DNA from: Planctomycetota bacterium
GTDB taxonomy: Bacteria > Planctomycetota > SZUA-567 > H5-PLA8
Direction: 5' to 3'
Assembly (NCBI GenBank): GCA_045863855.1
Contig: BTVV01000049.1
Span: 1-40,843, forward strand
DNA: 40,843 bases
Shown in pieces: positions 37,232 through 40,843 of the stretch; the first letter of the stretch is position 1; every line of letters starts with the position of its first letter. The translations under genes and the position numbers were made by a program. Under the pieces are notes generated by a model. The model was given only the letters and a program-made list of their open reading frames with translations. It did no database searches and was not told the origin of the DNA.

Positions 37232-37371
37232 CACGGAAGCGGCCGAGGCCTGCTGCAGGCTGAGGTGAACCCTAAAGGGAGCGCTGGGCTCCTAAGGCAC
37301 CTATCGGTAGGCCGTTGCGGTGAGTGTCCCAACCCCATCTGATGCACACGTGCAAGCCGTGCACCTCCACA
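37232..37371 (-). ncRNA. Putative structured RNA, 6S (SsrS)-like rod, or a dnaG leader
   Basis: 5' GGAGGUG pairs with 3' CGCUUCC, GGCUUGC with GCAGGCC, GGGGUUGGG with CCCAGCGCUCC around a central bubble. The pairing needs GU pairs that exist only on the minus strand. TTGACA upstream, terminator-like element downstream. Confidence 0.55.
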
Positions 37372-37399
37372 ACTAACCACCTAACAGGCGGCCTGTCAA
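37371..37399 (-). promoter_or_regulatory. Sigma70-type promoter upstream of the RNA candidate and dnaG
   Basis: TTGACA (37399-37394), 17-18 nt spacer, weak -10 (TTAGTT or TAGTTG). Confidence 0.5.
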
Positions 37400-37496
37400 G
37401 TCGGCCGGAGCCTTCCGAAGTCTCCTTACCTATTCGTGGATATAACTTTAGCGGACGAACCGACCGCGCCGATACCGAGCGGAAGCGGTCTCCGCC

Positions 37497-38828
37497 GTGA
37501 CCGCAACCCGGATGCTCCGCACCATGCGTCAGCGACCCGTTCGATCCCCATCTTTCCAGTCCGTCCGCAGGCTCTGGAGCTGCCCGCAGCGGCGCGGCTT
37601 CGTCCTGGGAGCAACCGCAATGGTAACGATATTGGCGCTCTTCTCCTGCACGAAGAAACGCAAAGCCGAGCCCGTGGCGCAGCGTCCGGCTTCGGGCGCG
37701 CCGCAGGTGCCCGCCGAGCTTAACGAGCCGGAGATTCGCGTCGCGGTCCGAAAAATGGTCTCCGCGGCGAACTTCCACGCGCCGGCGGGTTTGAACGTCC
37801 AGAGCCCCGACGGCGGCGCGGGAAGCTGGCGGCTCGCGCCGGGCGGTGTCACGGTGCAGGCCGACGCAGGCGGCGTGAGCGTCAACGGGCGGCGTCTGAA
37901 CGGGGCGGTTTTGACGAGCCTCGAGCCGGGGCGTTTTCTGGCGCTCGACGGCCAGGAGCTTGCGCCGAAGGCGGTGATCTATCCGTCCGGCGGCGCGCTG
38001 ACGGTGATCGCGTACTTGCCGCTCGAAAGCTATCTCGCCGGCGTGCTCGCGGGCGAAGTTCCGTACGCGCGCTGGCATCCGGAGGCGCTCAAGGCGCAAG
38101 CCGTCGCGAGCCGCAGCTACGCGCTCTTCCAAATGAAGTCGCGCGCGCGGGAAGCGTACGACGTCGAGGCAGACGTGATGAGCCAGGTCTTCAAGAGCGG
38201 GCAGCATCACGAGCCGATTCTCGAGCAGGCGACGTCGGCGACGCGCGGGCTGGTCGTGACCTACCAGGGGCGGCTCTTCCCGGCGTACTTCCATTCGACC
38301 AGCGGCGGGCACACCGAGGACGTGGCGAGCGTATTCCCGGAGCAGTCGAGCATCGCGCCGCTCGCGGGCGCGCGTTCGCCGTTCAGTTCGATCAGCCCCG
38401 TCTACACGTGGACGGCGACGCTCGATAAGGAGGCGCTGCGCGGGAAGCTCGCGGCGGCGCCGGAGTTGAACGGGCAGCCCGTCGGCGCGCTGCGCGATCT
38501 GCGCTTCCTGACGAGCGCGCGCAGCCCGCGGCGGGCGGAGGTCGTGGAGGTGATTCACGCGAATGGGAGCTTCCAGCTTCCGGCGAACCGCTTCCGGCTG
38601 ATCGCCGGTGCGGGGCAACTGCGGTCGGTCTGGATCGACCGGACGATCGATCGCGGGAGCGCGTTCGAGTTCCAGGGGCGAGGCTTCGGGCACGGGGTCG
38701 GGATGTGCCAGTACGGGAGCCAGGGGATGGCGCAGCAGGGGTATCGGTTTGAGCAGATCCTGGGTTTGTACTATCCGGGGGCGGATATGACGAAGCTGTA
38801 CGGCGGTTCGTCGACGGCTATGAAGTAG
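37497..38828 (+). CDS. SpoIID/LytB domain protein (peptidoglycan lytic transglycosylase-like)
   Basis: LESYLAGVLAGEV, EALKAQAVASRSYA, SQVF, AYFHSTSGGHT, GRGFGHGVGMCQYG, IL..YYPG. Start uncertain; lipobox-like LFSC. Confidence 0.92.
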   Translation: MTATRMLRTMRQRPVRSPSFQSVRRLWSCPQRRGFVLGATAMVTILALFSCTKKRKAEPVAQRPASGAPQVPAELNEPEIRVAVRKMVSAANFHAPAGLNVQSPDGGAGSWRLAPGGVTVQADAGGVSVNGRRLNGAVLTSLEPGRFLALDGQELAPKAVIYPSGGALTVIAYLPLESYLAGVLAGEVPYARWHPEALKAQAVASRSYALFQMKSRAREAYDVEADVMSQVFKSGQHHEPILEQATSATRGLVVTYQGRLFPAYFHSTSGGHTEDVASVFPEQSSIAPLAGARSPFSSISPVYTWTATLDKEALRGKLAAAPELNGQPVGALRDLRFLTSARSPRRAEVVEVIHANGSFQLPANRFRLIAGAGQLRSVWIDRTIDRGSAFEFQGRGFGHGVGMCQYGSQGMAQQGYRFEQILGLYYPGADMTKLYGGSSTAMK

Positions 38829-38944
38829 CCCGAACGGTAGCGCACGAAGCGGCGAGCAGCACCTGTGCTGCTCGATGTTAGTGATGCAAAGCGTATGGCC
38901 TCGAACGATATTATATAGCTCGATTTATCACCCCAACGTGCGCT

Positions 38945-39008
38945 AAGTGTAAACATGTAAACCTAAAGTGTAAACTGTAAACGCTACTGTAAACTTAAGT
39001 TTACAGTA
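38945..39008. repeat. TGTAAAC heptamer array ending in a perfect 24-bp palindrome
   Basis: Direct copies at 38948, 38956, 38969, 38976 and 38988, inverted copy at 38999-39005; TACTGTAAACTTAAGTTTACAGTA at 38985-39008. Confidence 0.9.
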
Positions 39009-39145
39009 AGCGCACCATGCGGGGTTGGTGGTCCGCATAGGTGCAGCTATGCGGACTCAAAATTTCTCTTTATGGCCATCCTGCACCTTGCTGACTATAC
39101 TTTGTACCGGGTTGTTTCGAGATAGCGAAGCGGAGGGCGTTGGGT

Positions 39146-39349
39146 ATGGTCAAGCGCGTGATCGGCGGATTGATGCTGCTGTTGGGCGTCTTTCAGTTGG
39201 GCTGGATTGGGTACAACTTTCTGATCGAACTCCAGCCGGAAGCTCGCGGGCGGAACCCGATCATCCCGATTCTGTTTGGGATCGGGTTGCTCTACGTCGG
39301 CTTCACGTGGGTGAAGGGGAAGCCGGAGGAAGCGGGCGGGAAGCGGTGA
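39146..39349 (+). CDS. Small two-TM hypothetical protein
   Basis: GGAGG RBS; two hydrophobic helices and a charged tail. Confidence 0.7.
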   Translation: MVKRVIGGLMLLLGVFQLGWIGYNFLIELQPEARGRNPIIPILFGIGLLYVGFTWVKGKPEEAGGKR

Positions 39350-39483
39350 GCGGCGTAGAACGAAGGGCCAAGAGTAACGAGTAAAAAGTAGTGAGGGGCA
39401 CGCAATGTCAGGTAGCGCGGGCGGCCCATCCCGCCGATCTTAAACGCGTTGCTCCTTCTGGATTTGGTGCCACGGGATGCGGA

Positions 39484-39577
39484 CGTTCGCAACCCGTGCG
39501 ATCACCGGGATCGAACGCGAGGCGCGAGAGGAGTTGCAATGCGTGCGTGACACGCCGTCCGGCACTGGTTGCGAACG
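39484..39577. repeat. Imperfect inverted repeat resembling a degenerate attC site
   Basis: CGTTCGCAACC-C-GTGC ... GCAC-T-GGTTGCGAACG with AAC/GTT cores. Confidence 0.45.
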
Positions 39578-39665
39578 GCTGCAGTGCAGGGGGTGCCCGT
39601 TCCTAAAGGTTACGCGGAAAGACGAGGCGTGACCGTGCCACCGGCCAAATTAATGTGGAGGTTAT

Positions 39666-40772
39666 ATGATCGCTGTTCGCTTTCAATTGTTTCATTCGAT
39701 GGTGGCGGTCTTGATTCTGTACTCTCTGGCACCATCTACCCTTGAGTGCCGAGAATCCGAAAGGGACGCTCGGGAACTTGAAGTCTATGTCATGGGCAAG
39801 CGAGTCAGCAAAGCGACCAAGGAAAGGCTTTATGTTCCCGCCCGTACCGCCTTATCCGTCCTGATCCCCAATCGCGATGGCGTTTCTGGCGATTGGTCGT
39901 TGAGCTCGGAGCAATTTCCTGATTTGAACGTTACCTATTCAAAGCATGCGGGTCCCGTTTTCTTTACGCCAAAGTATCCGTGGGCGGGTACTCCGGATAC
40001 GATAAAAATTCAAAGTCGCGACACTTCTGGAGCCGAAAGGACGGTCACTTTTCAGGTGGTGCCCATTGACGGCTTAATCAGGGAGGATGGCAGTGATCAA
40101 TGTAATTTGACACTACAAGACGATATCGAAAGCATAATTTGTAGATATGAGATTAGAGGGTGGGATCCCGCCCTAGTTGGGCGTCTGCGCTTGGGGCTTA
40201 TAGGCCCTGTCGTGGGTTCTCCTTGGCTTGAGATCGGATCCTCTGAGGTCGGTGCAGCGAAGGGAACCGCACAGATAAAGTCTCTGCCGGGCTGGGGGAC
40301 CGGAATTGCGGCGATTACGGTCTTCCTAAAGCGTGCTGATGCAGATTTATGGGATGAGATTGGTTGGCGGACGCCCATAAACGTGTGGGTCGAAACCAAG
40401 CCGCTGGTTGTTAATCAAAATCAAGACCGATTAAAATCTTTGGAAGTTATTTTGAACGAGGCTTGGCCGGATATCGCGAAGGGCAAGTGCACAACCAAAG
40501 ACTATGTGGATGGATTCTTGATTCTGAAGGGCATCCTTAATCACGATTCGCCAAAAGTCGCATGGGAATCCTTGCTACGGCATCCATCGGTCATTGGAGG
40601 TCACCGTTTGCTTGCTGAAATGTGGCAAATCAGAAACGCTTCTACCAACGAAGAGAAGGCCAATTTTGTCCTGAGGCGGGCCGCCGAATTCATACCCACA
40701 ACTCATACTCCTCTTAATCGACTTACTGGTTTAAAGGATACCCCTCCGACTTCTTCCCTAAAGGGAGAATGA
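39666..40772 (+). CDS. Hypothetical secreted protein, atypical composition
   Basis: GGAGG RBS, hydrophobic N-terminus, 368-aa open frame, visibly AT-richer; no family recognised. Confidence 0.75.
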   Translation: MIAVRFQLFHSMVAVLILYSLAPSTLECRESERDARELEVYVMGKRVSKATKERLYVPARTALSVLIPNRDGVSGDWSLSSEQFPDLNVTYSKHAGPVFFTPKYPWAGTPDTIKIQSRDTSGAERTVTFQVVPIDGLIREDGSDQCNLTLQDDIESIICRYEIRGWDPALVGRLRLGLIGPVVGSPWLEIGSSEVGAAKGTAQIKSLPGWGTGIAAITVFLKRADADLWDEIGWRTPINVWVETKPLVVNQNQDRLKSLEVILNEAWPDIAKGKCTTKDYVDGFLILKGILNHDSPKVAWESLLRHPSVIGGHRLLAEMWQIRNASTNEEKANFVLRRAAEFIPTTHTPLNRLTGLKDTPPTSSLKGE

Positions 40773-40798
40773 AATTCTTCTACATATTACGCGGGTGG

Positions 40799-40825
40799 CC
40801 CATACAAGCCGCAGGCTTGTGTGGG
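40799..40825 (+). repeat. Hairpin (REP-like or terminator) after the last ORF
   Basis: CCCATACAAGCC-GCA-GGCTTGTGTGGG, 12-bp stem with one GU pair, no U-tail. Confidence 0.5.
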
Positions 40826-40843
40826 TGCCTCTGGCACAGGAGG

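Noticed and set aside
37232..37371. tRNA, SRP RNA or tmRNA identity for the RNA candidate
   Set aside because: No T-loop GTTCRA or CCA end, no SRP GGAA/AGCAG domain, and far too short for tmRNA.
38829..38860. CCCGAACGGTAGCG... as another attC left arm
   Set aside because: No complementary right arm found downstream.
38945..39008. Possible mini CRISPR array
   Set aside because: Units are 7 bp with 0-6 bp gaps, no spacer-length unique sequences, no cas genes.

Overview
High-GC bacterial chromosomal window. Gene content and intergenic repeat style suggest Planctomycetota (inference). Housekeeping genes: rph, rplM-rpsI, argJ-argB-argD-argF without argC, dnaG-rpoD, and a SpoIID/LytB protein. Carbon-related genes: a partial secreted beta-helix protein, glutathione-independent formaldehyde dehydrogenase, sialate O-acetylesterase, an epimerase plus Gfo/Idh pair, an alpha/beta hydrolase and an SDR. 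An ~11 kb operon joins an Fe3+-type ABC permease and ATPase (no substrate-binding protein in the window) to a membrane-anchored NHL propeller and a MoxR/DUF58/VWA module. Several AT-richer ORFans sit at gene junctions, one nuclease-like inside the arg operon. Non-coding signals: a structured ~140-nt RNA candidate upstream of dnaG, a TGTAAAC heptamer array with a 24-bp perfect palindrome, a DnaA-box-like cluster, REP-like hairpins, a degenerate attC-like site, and a collapsed APC permease pseudogene. No rRNA, tRNA, CRISPR array, integrase or transposase was seen. All calls are by-eye motif recognition; no searches were run.
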